A stretch of DNA of 29,199 nt. It comes from a virus (taxonomy: Duplodnaviria > Caudoviricetes). Positions 17,574 to 26,066 of this stretch are shown piece by piece. Both the position numbers and the translations under genes were made by a program. Under the pieces are notes generated by a model, which searched no databases, was not told where the DNA came from, and saw only the letters and a program-made list of their open reading frames with translations. Position 1 is the first letter of the stretch. Each line of letters starts with the position of its first letter. The DNA lies in IMG/VR virus record IMGVR_UViG_3300006753_001587, positions 1-29,199 of that record, one strand, 5' to 3'.

Positions 17574-17648
17574 TGCAAATAAGTGCTTGCCATGGTCTTA
17601 CCCATAAGGTAAGAATGGAGAGTAACCAAACAACAGGAGCCACCATGA
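17574..17648 (+). promoter_or_regulatory. Rightward promoter/operator/RBS module (copy B)
   Basis: TTGCCA-17 bp-TAAGAA(T); inverted repeat TCTTACC-cataa-GGTAAGA; 17 nt AACAGGAGCCACCATGA identical to copy A. Confidence 0.75.
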
Positions 17649-18058
17649 ACACCTTGACTTTCAACATTACCGCTCGCTTTGACACCATGACAGAAGCCGT
17701 AGAGGCCGCTGGCATTGACCTCAGCTACAACGAGCAACTTGCAAAGCGCGACCTTGAGCGCGACGACCGCCAGGGATTTCACACTGACATCATGGTGACC
17801 GACGATAACCGCGTGCTGTTCGTTTACAAGGTGCCCGGCAAACTCGGCATCTTGAACGAGTACTCCCCGCATAGTGCAGGCCTTACAGGTGCGAGCAAGT
17901 GGTCAATGGTGAACATCAAAGAAACCACCGTACACATCACCGCGCCTTTGTTTCCTTATCAATGGCGTGATTCCATGGAAAGAGAAGTGCCCGAAGCCAC
18001 CGATCAGATCGTCATCTGCCGCAGTCAAAACGTGCCTGCTATTGTGAATCTTGCCTAA
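17645..18058 (+). CDS. Hypothetical accessory protein (137 aa)
   Basis: ACAGGAG SD and own promoter; MNTLTFNITARF... Confidence 0.75.
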   Translation: MNTLTFNITARFDTMTEAVEAAGIDLSYNEQLAKRDLERDDRQGFHTDIMVTDDNRVLFVYKVPGKLGILNEYSPHSAGLTGASKWSMVNIKETTVHITAPLFPYQWRDSMEREVPEATDQIVICRSQNVPAIVNLA

Positions 18059-18151
18059 CCACCAACAGGGGAGAGCGGGAGCCAAGCCCGCCCAGCCCGC
18101 CTCCGGCTGTATCCACGGAGGCACCCACCACCACACACAAGGAATAGAACC

Positions 18152-18319
18152 ATGAATCCCACTACCATTCTGGGCTGCTTTTGCTACCAGTGCTCCCACT
18201 GCAAAACTACTGTGCGCCTATGGTGCAAACTGCCAAACGGACACACACCGCTCTGCTATGACTGCGAGTCTACCACCCACCACACACCCACCACCAACAC
18301 AGAAAGGGGCGCGGAATGA
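18152..18319 (+). CDS. 55-aa Cys-rich protein (not in ORF track)
   Basis: AAGGA SD; MNPTTILGCFCYQCSHC..WC..LCYDC..; ATGA overlap with next ORF. Confidence 0.6.
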   Translation: MNPTTILGCFCYQCSHCKTTVRLWCKLPNGHTPLCYDCESTTHHTPTTNTERGAE

Positions 18320-18504
18320 CGCCCACCGAATTGAAAGGCTGGTTTGTAATGTGGACTTTGGATGTGGATGGTACGAGGCTTGTGAATGCTACTGAAGGCC
18401 CATTTCGCAACATGAAGGAAGCGCAAACTCACGCGCGGGATGTGATCAGCTTTACTGTTTATGACAGTTACTGCCTCTGGAAAAACGAAGGGGGTGAGGA
18501 ATAG
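18316..18504 (+). CDS. Hypothetical protein (62 aa)
   Basis: AAGGGG SD; GPF...EA pattern; end of accessory island. Confidence 0.6.
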   Translation: MTPTELKGWFVMWTLDVDGTRLVNATEGPFRNMKEAQTHARDVISFTVYDSYCLWKNEGGEE

Positions 18505-18613
18505 CTGAAGTGTGACCACCACCATCTGACGCCGTGCGCCATACTTGGGTGAGGTAGGAAGTCGTGCCGGGCTCTCATCAACCCGGCGCACGGTGTCACA
18601 CCCAGAGGACAGA

Positions 18614-19138
18614 ATGAATGAGTTATCACTATTTACCGGAGCTGGCGGAGGCCTCCTTGGCTCCAGACTCCTCGGATGGCGCACAGTCTGCGCCGTCGAG
18701 CGCGAGCCCTACTGCATCGAATCCCTCCAGCAGCGACAGCGGGACGGACTCCTTGAGCACTTCCCCATCTGGGACGATGTGCAGACCTTCGACGGGCGAC
18801 CCTGGCGTGGATGCGTGGATATCATCTCTGCGGGCTTCCCATGTCAGCCCTTCTCCGTTGCCGGTCAACAGCAAGCCGCAGACGATGAGCGAAACATGTG
18901 GCCCCAAACCATTAGGATCGTTCGCGAAGTTCGACCCAGATGGGTACTGCTGGAGAACGTCCCAGGCCTCCTTGCTGCTTCCCACGGGTATATGCACACC
19001 ATTCTCGGAGACTTGGCCGAAAGCGGGTTTGATTGTCGATGGAGCTGCATATCGGCTGAGTCGGTCGGTGCGCCCCACAAGCGAGACAGGCTCTGGATTG
19101 TGGCCAACGCCCAACACCGTACCGGATCGCCCGTGTGA
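18614..19138 (+). CDS. C5-cytosine DNA methyltransferase, N-terminal (alpha-like) chain, motifs I-VIII
   Basis: SLFTGAGG (I), AGFPCQPFS (IV), LLENVPG (VI), PHKRDRLW (VIII); stops soon after motif VIII. Confidence 0.9.
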   Translation: MNELSLFTGAGGGLLGSRLLGWRTVCAVEREPYCIESLQQRQRDGLLEHFPIWDDVQTFDGRPWRGCVDIISAGFPCQPFSVAGQQQAADDERNMWPQTIRIVREVRPRWVLLENVPGLLAASHGYMHTILGDLAESGFDCRWSCISAESVGAPHKRDRLWIVANAQHRTGSPV

Positions 19139-19760
19139 GGGCAATGTGCGTATGCTGCGCCAGAAGGTGCTGGCGGGAGACATGACCGAGGCAGAGGCTC
19201 GGGCGATGTTAGGCGGCAAGAGCCCGTTTGAGGCTCAGGGCGTCATCCCAGCTATGGCATCATGGCCGACACCAAGCGCGGGATGGGGAGATGGTGGAAT
19301 CGCGAATAGTGGCGATGTGTCGCCAATCAGGAGGCGCGTGGATGATGGGACGATGGCCTATGAGGAGGCGCTGGTCATTACAAGAGGAGCAATTCATCAC
19401 AAAGGCTTAGAATTATGGAGGCATGGAGAGCACGATCAGTATCTGGCCGCACATGGTAAACACTACAGCGGAGATGAAATGGGGCGACTGTCGCCCGATT
19501 GGGTGGAGTGGCTCATGGGCTGGCCGATTGGCTGGACGAGCCTGGAGCCCATGACTGAGCTGGGCTCGTGGTTCGATGAGACGTGGTGGAACGAGGAGCC
19601 TGTGCCCCGCATCACCACCGACAAGACGAACCGCCCCAAGCGCCTCAGAGCGATAGGCAACGGACAGGTGCCCGCCTGTGTTGTTTCCGCGTGGCTCACT
19701 TTGGGTGTTATGGTTGCCCCAGAGGGCACGTATGAAGGACACCATCAGGGTCAAGGTTGA
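18618..19760 (+). CDS. C5-cytosine DNA methyltransferase, overprinted (beta-like) chain carrying TRD and motifs IX-X
   Basis: +1 frame open for 380 aa; two WPTP repeats; RLSPDWVEWLMGWPIGWT (IX) and RLRAIGNGQVP (X). Confidence 0.8.
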   Translation: MSYHYLPELAEASLAPDSSDGAQSAPSSASPTASNPSSSDSGTDSLSTSPSGTMCRPSTGDPGVDAWISSLRASHVSPSPLPVNSKPQTMSETCGPKPLGSFAKFDPDGYCWRTSQASLLLPTGICTPFSETWPKAGLIVDGAAYRLSRSVRPTSETGSGLWPTPNTVPDRPCEGNVRMLRQKVLAGDMTEAEARAMLGGKSPFEAQGVIPAMASWPTPSAGWGDGGIANSGDVSPIRRRVDDGTMAYEEALVITRGAIHHKGLELWRHGEHDQYLAAHGKHYSGDEMGRLSPDWVEWLMGWPIGWTSLEPMTELGSWFDETWWNEEPVPRITTDKTNRPKRLRAIGNGQVPACVVSAWLTLGVMVAPEGTYEGHHQGQG

Positions 19761-21480
19761 GCACAAGGTCAAGCCAACGCCAAAGGGCACCACGGTCCTT
19801 GAGGAGCAGGCAAACGGTGAGTTCTCCTCAACGATTGAGCCAGCCGACCTCAGACTGAAGTACACCCAGGCAGCGGCGCTATGGGTGCCCACTGCGGCGC
19901 TGGCCGTCTGGACTGACAACCCGCGCGACAATGACAAGGCTGTGCCTGATGTCGTCTCGTCTATGAAGCGCTTCGGGTTTGGTTCGCCCATCGTGGCACG
20001 GCCCAATGGGGAGATCATAGCTGGGCATACCAGACTGAAGGCAGCTCTTGAACTACGCATGCCAGAGGTACCCGTACGCTTCATGGACCTGGACCCGGCA
20101 GAGGCGCATCTCATGGCGCTCGCAGATAACCGGGTCGGTGAGATTGCCGATTGGAACGATGACCTCCTGGCTGATGTCCTGCTGGAGATGGAGACGAAGG
20201 GCGCAGACCTTACCGGCATAGGCTGGTCAGATGATGAGCTTGCCGAGATCATGGCCAAGAGTGACCCGCTGCCGATGGATGGGCCGGAGGAGTCAGGCGC
20301 AGACCTGGACGCCATACCGGACGAGATACCCGCCATCACCAAGCCTGGAGAGGTGGTCACCCTAGGCAGGCACACCCTCCACTGTGGGGATTGCCTGGAG
20401 GTGATGCGCTCACTGCCTGACGCCTCGGTTGATGCCGTGGTCACTGACCCGCCCTATGGTATCGGCTTCATGGGCAAGGGCTGGGACTGTGCCGTGCCGG
20501 GTGATGACTTCGCAGCCGAGGCTCTACGGGTGCTCAAGCCTGGAGGACACCTGATAGCGTTTGCCGCTACTCGCACCGTCCACCGCTTGACCGTGGCGCT
20601 TGAGGATGCCGGGCTGGAGATACGCGACCAGATCGCCTGGGTCCAGTGGCAAGGGTTCCCGAAGTCCCACGATGTCTCCAAGGCACTCGACCAGCACCAT
20701 GGGGCAGAGCGTGAGGTGGTGGGGCAGGGCGGATCGACATGCCCAGGGATAGCGCGGCGCGGCGTCTGTGATTGCGGCGAAAAGTATGGAGACGAGCGAA
20801 GCCAGAGCGGGAGGACCGTTCATACTCCCGCCACCGCACCCTCCACCGAGGACGCCCAGAAGTGGGAGGGATGGGGCACGGCACTGAAGCCAGCCTATGA
20901 GCCCTGCGTCCTGGCACGCAAGCCACTGGAGGGCACGGTGGCGGAGAACGTGCTGGCCCATGGAGTGGGCGGGATCAACATTGACGGGTGCCGCTATGCC
21001 TATGGCGATCCGGCTTGGCCTGGGCCGAATGATGAGGTCGGCCCAAGGTCGGTGGGCGGCTGGCAGGATTCCTATGTGGGTGGCTCGTTGGTGAACCCCA
21101 TCTCCACGGTAGATCCGGGTGGCAGATGGCCCGCGAACCTGTACGCGTGCCCGAAGGCATCCAGGGGGGAGCGGGAAGCAGGGTGTGAAGAGATGCCGCA
21201 GGTGCGGAGAACAGACGGCAGGAAGACGGATCACCACGTACCCAACCTTAGAACAACAGACCGCACCAACCATCACCCAACCGTCAAGCCTGTGCAGCTC
21301 ATGCGCTGGCTGGTGCGGCTGGTCACGCCTCCAGGCGCCACGGTGCTGGAGCCCTTCTGTGGGTCAGGCACCACGCTACTGGCGGCGCACTCGGAGAACG
21401 TGCGGTGTATCGGCATTGAACGAGAGCCCGGCTACTGTGACATCATCCGCGCTCGATACGCTGGACTGGAGGACGCATGA
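19732..21480 (+). CDS. ParB/Srx N-terminal domain fused to beta-class amino DNA methyltransferase
   Basis: NPR..RFGFGSPIV..IIAGHTRL..ADNR (ParB-N); VTDPPY; HPTVKP..EPFCGSGTT; start position uncertain. Confidence 0.9.
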   Translation: MKDTIRVKVEHKVKPTPKGTTVLEEQANGEFSSTIEPADLRLKYTQAAALWVPTAALAVWTDNPRDNDKAVPDVVSSMKRFGFGSPIVARPNGEIIAGHTRLKAALELRMPEVPVRFMDLDPAEAHLMALADNRVGEIADWNDDLLADVLLEMETKGADLTGIGWSDDELAEIMAKSDPLPMDGPEESGADLDAIPDEIPAITKPGEVVTLGRHTLHCGDCLEVMRSLPDASVDAVVTDPPYGIGFMGKGWDCAVPGDDFAAEALRVLKPGGHLIAFAATRTVHRLTVALEDAGLEIRDQIAWVQWQGFPKSHDVSKALDQHHGAEREVVGQGGSTCPGIARRGVCDCGEKYGDERSQSGRTVHTPATAPSTEDAQKWEGWGTALKPAYEPCVLARKPLEGTVAENVLAHGVGGINIDGCRYAYGDPAWPGPNDEVGPRSVGGWQDSYVGGSLVNPISTVDPGGRWPANLYACPKASRGEREAGCEEMPQVRRTDGRKTDHHVPNLRTTDRTNHHPTVKPVQLMRWLVRLVTPPGATVLEPFCGSGTTLLAAHSENVRCIGIEREPGYCDIIRARYAGLEDA

Positions 21481-21950
21481 CCACAGGACGCAAGACCAAG
21501 CTAACGCCTGAGCTACAGGCCAAGTTCTGCCAGGGCATTAGGCTCGGCATGACGTACCGGCTAGCGTGCGGGTACGTGGGGATCAGGGAGAGCACGTTCT
21601 ACCGATGGCTCCAAGAAGCGGAGCAGGGACACGACAGGCAAAAGGAGTTTAAGGAAGCCGTAAAAGGCGCCGAGGCAGAAGGGGCGGGGATTTCGCTGGC
21701 AGTCATCAACAAGGCAGGCAAGGAGGGTAGCTGGCAGGCCAGCGCGTGGTTGCTTGAGCGCAGGCACTGCTATCGCAGAGACTCAGCCCCAGTGGTAGAG
21801 GCCATCATCAATGACGCGGAAACCCAGCAGCACATGGTCGAGATGGATAGCGAGGACGGACGCGAGAGCATCATTGGCGAGGTGGCCCGGCTACCCGAGG
21901 ACATGATCCTGGCAGCACTGAACCGCAAGCAGACCGACGTGGGCAAGTGA
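21477..21950 (+). CDS. terS: Terminase small subunit
   Basis: GRKTKLTPE..ACGYVGIRESTFYRWL HTH, WQASAWLLERR; directly before TerL. Confidence 0.75.
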   Translation: MTTGRKTKLTPELQAKFCQGIRLGMTYRLACGYVGIRESTFYRWLQEAEQGHDRQKEFKEAVKGAEAEGAGISLAVINKAGKEGSWQASAWLLERRHCYRRDSAPVVEAIINDAETQQHMVEMDSEDGRESIIGEVARLPEDMILAALNRKQTDVGK

Positions 21951-23335
21951 TTGACATTGGCAAGCTCGCCGCATTCGCGGATCGATACGAGGCCGACCTG
22001 CTGGCCCAATACGAACAAGAGCCGCCCGGCTTCGGTGGCATGTCACCAGGACAGCGACTCGTCCACCAGTCACAGCACCCGCGCCGTCTCCTGATAGCAG
22101 GTAATCAGGTGGGCAAGACGCGAGCCCTCGCCGCCGAGACGTGGTGGATGGCACTGGGCATGCACCCCTATCGGCCATCACCTGGAGAGCACTCGATAGG
22201 GTGGATCATGTGCGCTGACCTCAAGGGTGGTTGGGTCAACTTCTCGGCCAAGCTGCGCGAGATAGAACCGCCCGGCGTGCTGCATCCTTCGGTGACCTAC
22301 GACAGCTCCAGAGGCTACACGCACCGCTCTGTCAAGATGCTGAGGCTGACCAACGGCTCGCTCATTGTGGGCAAGTCAGGAACCCAGGAGGTGATGGCCC
22401 TGACTGGCGCCACCATCGACTATCTCATGATTGACGAGCTACCCAAGCAGGCGCACTTCGCAGAAGCCCTGACCCGCGTGGCTGTGAACAATGGCCCAGT
22501 CGTGATGAGCTTTACGCCCATAGGCCGCCCATGCGACTGGCTCAGGCACCACGTGGAGGGCAGCCCCGACACAGGCAAGCCACCGGTTGAGGAGTGGGAC
22601 ATCCAGCGGATCTCACTCAGTGCGGAGAACTGCCCGCACCGGAGCCAAGAAAGCATTGACCGCCAGATAGCTGGCTATGGACCCTGGGAATACGCACAGC
22701 GCGTGGAGGGTGCCTGGGAGGGTGTGAGCGTTGACAGGTGGATCGCCTTCAGCGAGGACAACACCTTCACCGATCCGCCTGAGAAGGTCGAGGCCATAGG
22801 GCTGGGCTGGGACCATGGAGAGCGCCCAGGCAATAGCGTGTGCTATCTGGTGGCTTGGGATGGGGCGCGGCTGTGGGTGCTCGACGAGTACGTCAGCCAG
22901 GAGCGCAATACGCCAGCCATCGAGGCGCGTGAGATCATGGACATGATGAAGGGCTGGGGAGTCTCGCCCAAGATGGTCGACAAGGCAGTAGGTGACAGCA
23001 ACAGCGCGGGCCGGTTGGGTCTGGGCTTGAGGGTCAACGAGCTGCTTGAGCGAGCCTTTTCGCACATGGTTGGGTCAGCCCGCCCACCGTTTGAGATAGC
23101 CACGCCGTACAAGGGGCGCGGCTCAGTGCGTACCCGTGCCCGGATGCTCTCGGCTGCCTGTGTCGATGGCCGGTTTATGGTTCACGCTGAGCGCTGCCCC
23201 AACCTCGTCAAGAGCTTGAGGCATTGGCGCGGTGAGAATAACGACCTCAAGCACTGCTACGATGCTGTATCCTATATCTCAGAGTGCTGGTTGCAGGAGG
23301 GGATAGAGACTCCTGGCCGGATGATCATAGGTTGA
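21947..23335 (+). CDS. terL: Terminase large subunit
   Basis: Walker A AGNQVGKT, Walker B YLMIDE, motif III FTP, nuclease GWDHG and HCYDA. Confidence 0.93.
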   Translation: MIDIGKLAAFADRYEADLLAQYEQEPPGFGGMSPGQRLVHQSQHPRRLLIAGNQVGKTRALAAETWWMALGMHPYRPSPGEHSIGWIMCADLKGGWVNFSAKLREIEPPGVLHPSVTYDSSRGYTHRSVKMLRLTNGSLIVGKSGTQEVMALTGATIDYLMIDELPKQAHFAEALTRVAVNNGPVVMSFTPIGRPCDWLRHHVEGSPDTGKPPVEEWDIQRISLSAENCPHRSQESIDRQIAGYGPWEYAQRVEGAWEGVSVDRWIAFSEDNTFTDPPEKVEAIGLGWDHGERPGNSVCYLVAWDGARLWVLDEYVSQERNTPAIEAREIMDMMKGWGVSPKMVDKAVGDSNSAGRLGLGLRVNELLERAFSHMVGSARPPFEIATPYKGRGSVRTRARMLSAACVDGRFMVHAERCPNLVKSLRHWRGENNDLKHCYDAVSYISECWLQEGIETPGRMIIG

Positions 23336-23360
23336 CCAACACTTCCCACATCCTTATTCT
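23332..23360 (+). promoter_or_regulatory. Sigma70-like promoter ahead of the portal operon
   Basis: TTGACC-17 bp-TATTCT in the terL/next-gene gap. Confidence 0.55.
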
Positions 23361-23375
23361 GCACTGGGGTGATCC

Positions 23376-23621
23376 ATGTCTGAAGAATCCGCGCCCAAGA
23401 AGCGAACCCGAAAGAAGCCAGCCGATAAGGGCGAGATGGACAAAGCCGAACGCGGTGATGTCCTCGTGCTGATTGGCAAAGTCAAGAAGGCACCCGCCAA
23501 AGATGGTGTCCACGTCTGGCATCTCCAAGGCGAGGAGAAGACCGAGGGCGGCGACCGCTATGCAGTGGCCCATATCTCCACGTCTGCGATGTATGACCTG
23601 GGTTGGATTCGGCGGAAATAA
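23376..23621 (+). CDS. Hypothetical protein (81 aa, basic N-terminus)
   Basis: GGGGTG SD; TAATG coupling to portal. Confidence 0.7.
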   Translation: MSEESAPKKRTRKKPADKGEMDKAERGDVLVLIGKVKKAPAKDGVHVWHLQGEEKTEGGDRYAVAHISTSAMYDLGWIRRK

Positions 23622-25273
23622 TGCTCTACATTCCAAGCTCCATCCAGCCCCAAGACGCAGGCGACCGCGCCCGATGGAAGGAGCAGAGCCTGCGCTATCG
23701 GCTCCTCACAGGCAAGCAACTGTCAGATGTGCGTGATGAGATTGAGGGGATGTTCAGCCAGGAGATAGCGGCAGACATCACCATCAATCCTGACCTCTCC
23801 CGCAACGCTCTCAGGCTCATATACCAGCAGCTCAACGTGGCATACCTGGAACCGCCCGACGTTCACGCTGAAGGCGAGGAAGACCTGAGCCCCATTGTGA
23901 CCCCACTGCTATGGGCACAGCAGCAACAGACCGCGCTGTATACCCTCGCAATCCAAGAATCCCTGGTACGGCTGGACTGGAAGCACTGGATGGACGCCAC
24001 CGAGTGCAGCTACCGCCCCATCTCGCCTGATGTGGTGGTGATTCTGCCGATGCCCAATGAGCCCAACATACCGGGCAGGGTGGAGGAGGTCAGGTATCGA
24101 GACGGGACGTGGACCTGGGAAGTCTGGGATGTGCGCGATCCGGCGGCGCCCGTCTTCCAGATTCTGGAGGTGGACAGCAAGGGTGTGTCTCATGACGCCA
24201 CGGCTAAGTGGGCGCCTGAGTTCGTCGGCAATTACCCGTATCGCTCACGGGATGGAGCGCCCATCCTGCCCTACATCCTGTATCACGCACGAGTCACACC
24301 AAACATGTGGAACTGGCACGAGGGCGTGGAGATCAGCCGGGGTGCCTTGCGCCTCGCTGCTCTGTGGTCGCAGTGGTCTGATGCGTTCGTGTCTGCCTCG
24401 CACCCTCAGCGCTGGGCCTTAGACGTGGAGTCACAGGCAGGCGTGACCCGGCAGATCGGCGGCGTCCAGGTGGACGTGGTACCGACTGACCGCAAGAGCA
24501 TTCTCAAGTTCGGCAGCAAAGGCCCAACCGGCGGCAGCCTTGGCCAGTTCAATCCAGCGATGGACCCACTACGGGCGGCTGAAGCTCTCAGGATGTATGA
24601 GCATGGCTTGGCGGTGTACTCGGGGCTGAACCCGTCAGACCTCCAGGTAACAGGCGCACAGTCCGGCTATGCCATCGTAGTCAGCCGGGCAGGCCAGCGC
24701 AGGGCGCAGAAGCTTCTTGAGCCATCGCTGCGAGTAGCTGACCAGGAGCTACTGGCGACGGGCGCCAAGCTCGCCAACGCATACGGTGGGCACAACCTGC
24801 CAGAAGACCCACGCGAATACCGGATCGCCTATCGCTCCCTGGAGCCCATGGCCTCAGAGCGTAAAGAGATGACCGAGGCCATCAAGGCAGAGCTTGAGAT
24901 GGGACTTATCAGCAGGCTCGATGCTATCCGCATGCTCAACCCGGCCATCGAGTCGGACGAGGATGCGCTTGAGCGTCTGCTGCGGGCGGATGCCATCCAG
25001 GCTCAGATCCCGGCAGAGGGTGCCGATGAGGGCGCAGCCGATATGATGGCGGTGGGCATGGGGCCGGAACCGGAGAACGTGCAACTAACAGCCTTGAACG
25101 GTGCTCAAGTCACAAGCGCCCAGGGGATCGTTCAGGCGGTCGCCTCTCGTGATCTACCGAGAGACTCAGCGCTAGCTATGCTGTCCTCCTTCTTCAATCT
25201 GCCCAGACCAGTGGCCGAGGCTATCCTCGGTTCAGTGGGGCGCTCTTTCTTCCAGCAAGACGAAACCGAATAA
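23621..25273 (+). CDS. Portal protein
   Basis: About 550 aa between TerL and scaffold; AQSGYAI..and ELEMGLISRLDAI motifs resemble SPP1-type portals; extra C-terminal LNGAQV helical domain. Confidence 0.8.
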   Translation: MLYIPSSIQPQDAGDRARWKEQSLRYRLLTGKQLSDVRDEIEGMFSQEIAADITINPDLSRNALRLIYQQLNVAYLEPPDVHAEGEEDLSPIVTPLLWAQQQQTALYTLAIQESLVRLDWKHWMDATECSYRPISPDVVVILPMPNEPNIPGRVEEVRYRDGTWTWEVWDVRDPAAPVFQILEVDSKGVSHDATAKWAPEFVGNYPYRSRDGAPILPYILYHARVTPNMWNWHEGVEISRGALRLAALWSQWSDAFVSASHPQRWALDVESQAGVTRQIGGVQVDVVPTDRKSILKFGSKGPTGGSLGQFNPAMDPLRAAEALRMYEHGLAVYSGLNPSDLQVTGAQSGYAIVVSRAGQRRAQKLLEPSLRVADQELLATGAKLANAYGGHNLPEDPREYRIAYRSLEPMASERKEMTEAIKAELEMGLISRLDAIRMLNPAIESDEDALERLLRADAIQAQIPAEGADEGAADMMAVGMGPEPENVQLTALNGAQVTSAQGIVQAVASRDLPRDSALAMLSSFFNLPRPVAEAILGSVGRSFFQQDETE

Positions 25274-25282
25274 AGGATACAA

Positions 25283-25936
25283 ATGGACGACCAGCAGACA
25301 ACCGCCACCCCGCACACCACCAACGGAGCAAGCGCACCCATGGGCAACACCAAGATGGAGGCGCAAGTCCCCAGCCACCGACTGACCGAGGAGCGTGCCC
25401 GGCGTGATGACGCCCTATCCCAGGCAGCAGCAGCCCAGAAGGCCATGGAGAAGATGAAGGGACAGCTTGAAGCCGTGACCTCTGAGCTATCCAACCTCCA
25501 GAGCACGCATACCCAAGAGCTCCACTTGGTGGAGATGGGTTTCAAGGCTCCATCCATCCGGCGCTTCCTGCGGCGCGAGTACGCCAGCGCGGCCAGTGAG
25601 GCAGGCGAGAACGCTGCTAACTTTGCGGACTGGCTGGAGTCCAACCGTGAGGATCCCCTTTACTCCCCGCACTTTGACCGTCTAAGCCAGGGTGCGCCCG
25701 TCGAGACCCCTACCGCGCCTGAGCAGACCCAAGACCCAACAGAGGCCCTCCTGGCGGCTGTGCGTGAAACGCTCAACGGCAACCCTGAGCGGGGCACGGG
25801 CACGCCTCCCGTCCATCACTCCAAGGAATACGGGGCAGAGGAGATTCGCAAGGTGCGAGCCAAGAACGGCGGTTCCCTGGGCGACCAGAAAGACAACATC
25901 ATGGCAGCGCTCAGAGCACAGGGTGTGATCAAGTAG
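25283..25936 (+). CDS. Capsid scaffolding protein
   Basis: AAGGA SD; VPSHRLTEE followed by coiled coil and Pro-rich linker; precedes capsid gene; no protease motif. Confidence 0.7.
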   Translation: MDDQQTTATPHTTNGASAPMGNTKMEAQVPSHRLTEERARRDDALSQAAAAQKAMEKMKGQLEAVTSELSNLQSTHTQELHLVEMGFKAPSIRRFLRREYASAASEAGENAANFADWLESNREDPLYSPHFDRLSQGAPVETPTAPEQTQDPTEALLAAVRETLNGNPERGTGTPPVHHSKEYGAEEIRKVRAKNGGSLGDQKDNIMAALRAQGVIK

Positions 25937-25938
25937 TC

Positions 25939-26066
25939 TTGACAGCGCGTGACCCAACGCGGTACAGATAGAACATCTGCCACGGGACCGGCCCCGATAG
26001 AGTCGTAGGTGGATCTCAATTAACGAAACGTGATCCGCCTGCCTTGCGTGCAGGCAAGGAGCCCAA
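25939..26066 (+). promoter_or_regulatory. Putative promoter and structured 5' leader of the major capsid gene
   Basis: TTGACA at 25939 with weak -10 (TACAGA, 18 bp spacer); multiple hairpins; AAGGAG SD 26056-26061. Confidence 0.55.

Noticed and set aside
17639-17647. GCCACCATG (Kozak consensus) at both repeated modules
   Set aside because: It follows a clear AGGAG Shine-Dalgarno in an entirely prokaryotic-phage context; most simply the SD-ATG spacer
19732-20250. ParB domain as evidence of a plasmid-prophage partition system
   Set aside because: Only the N-terminal ParB/Srx domain fused to an MTase; no ParA or parS array seen
19413-20444. 343-aa antisense ORF (also 10065-10901, 3027-3665, 18629-19219, 20524-21276)
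   Set aside because: Shadow ORFs opposite well-supported genes in GC-rich DNA; no recognisable motifs
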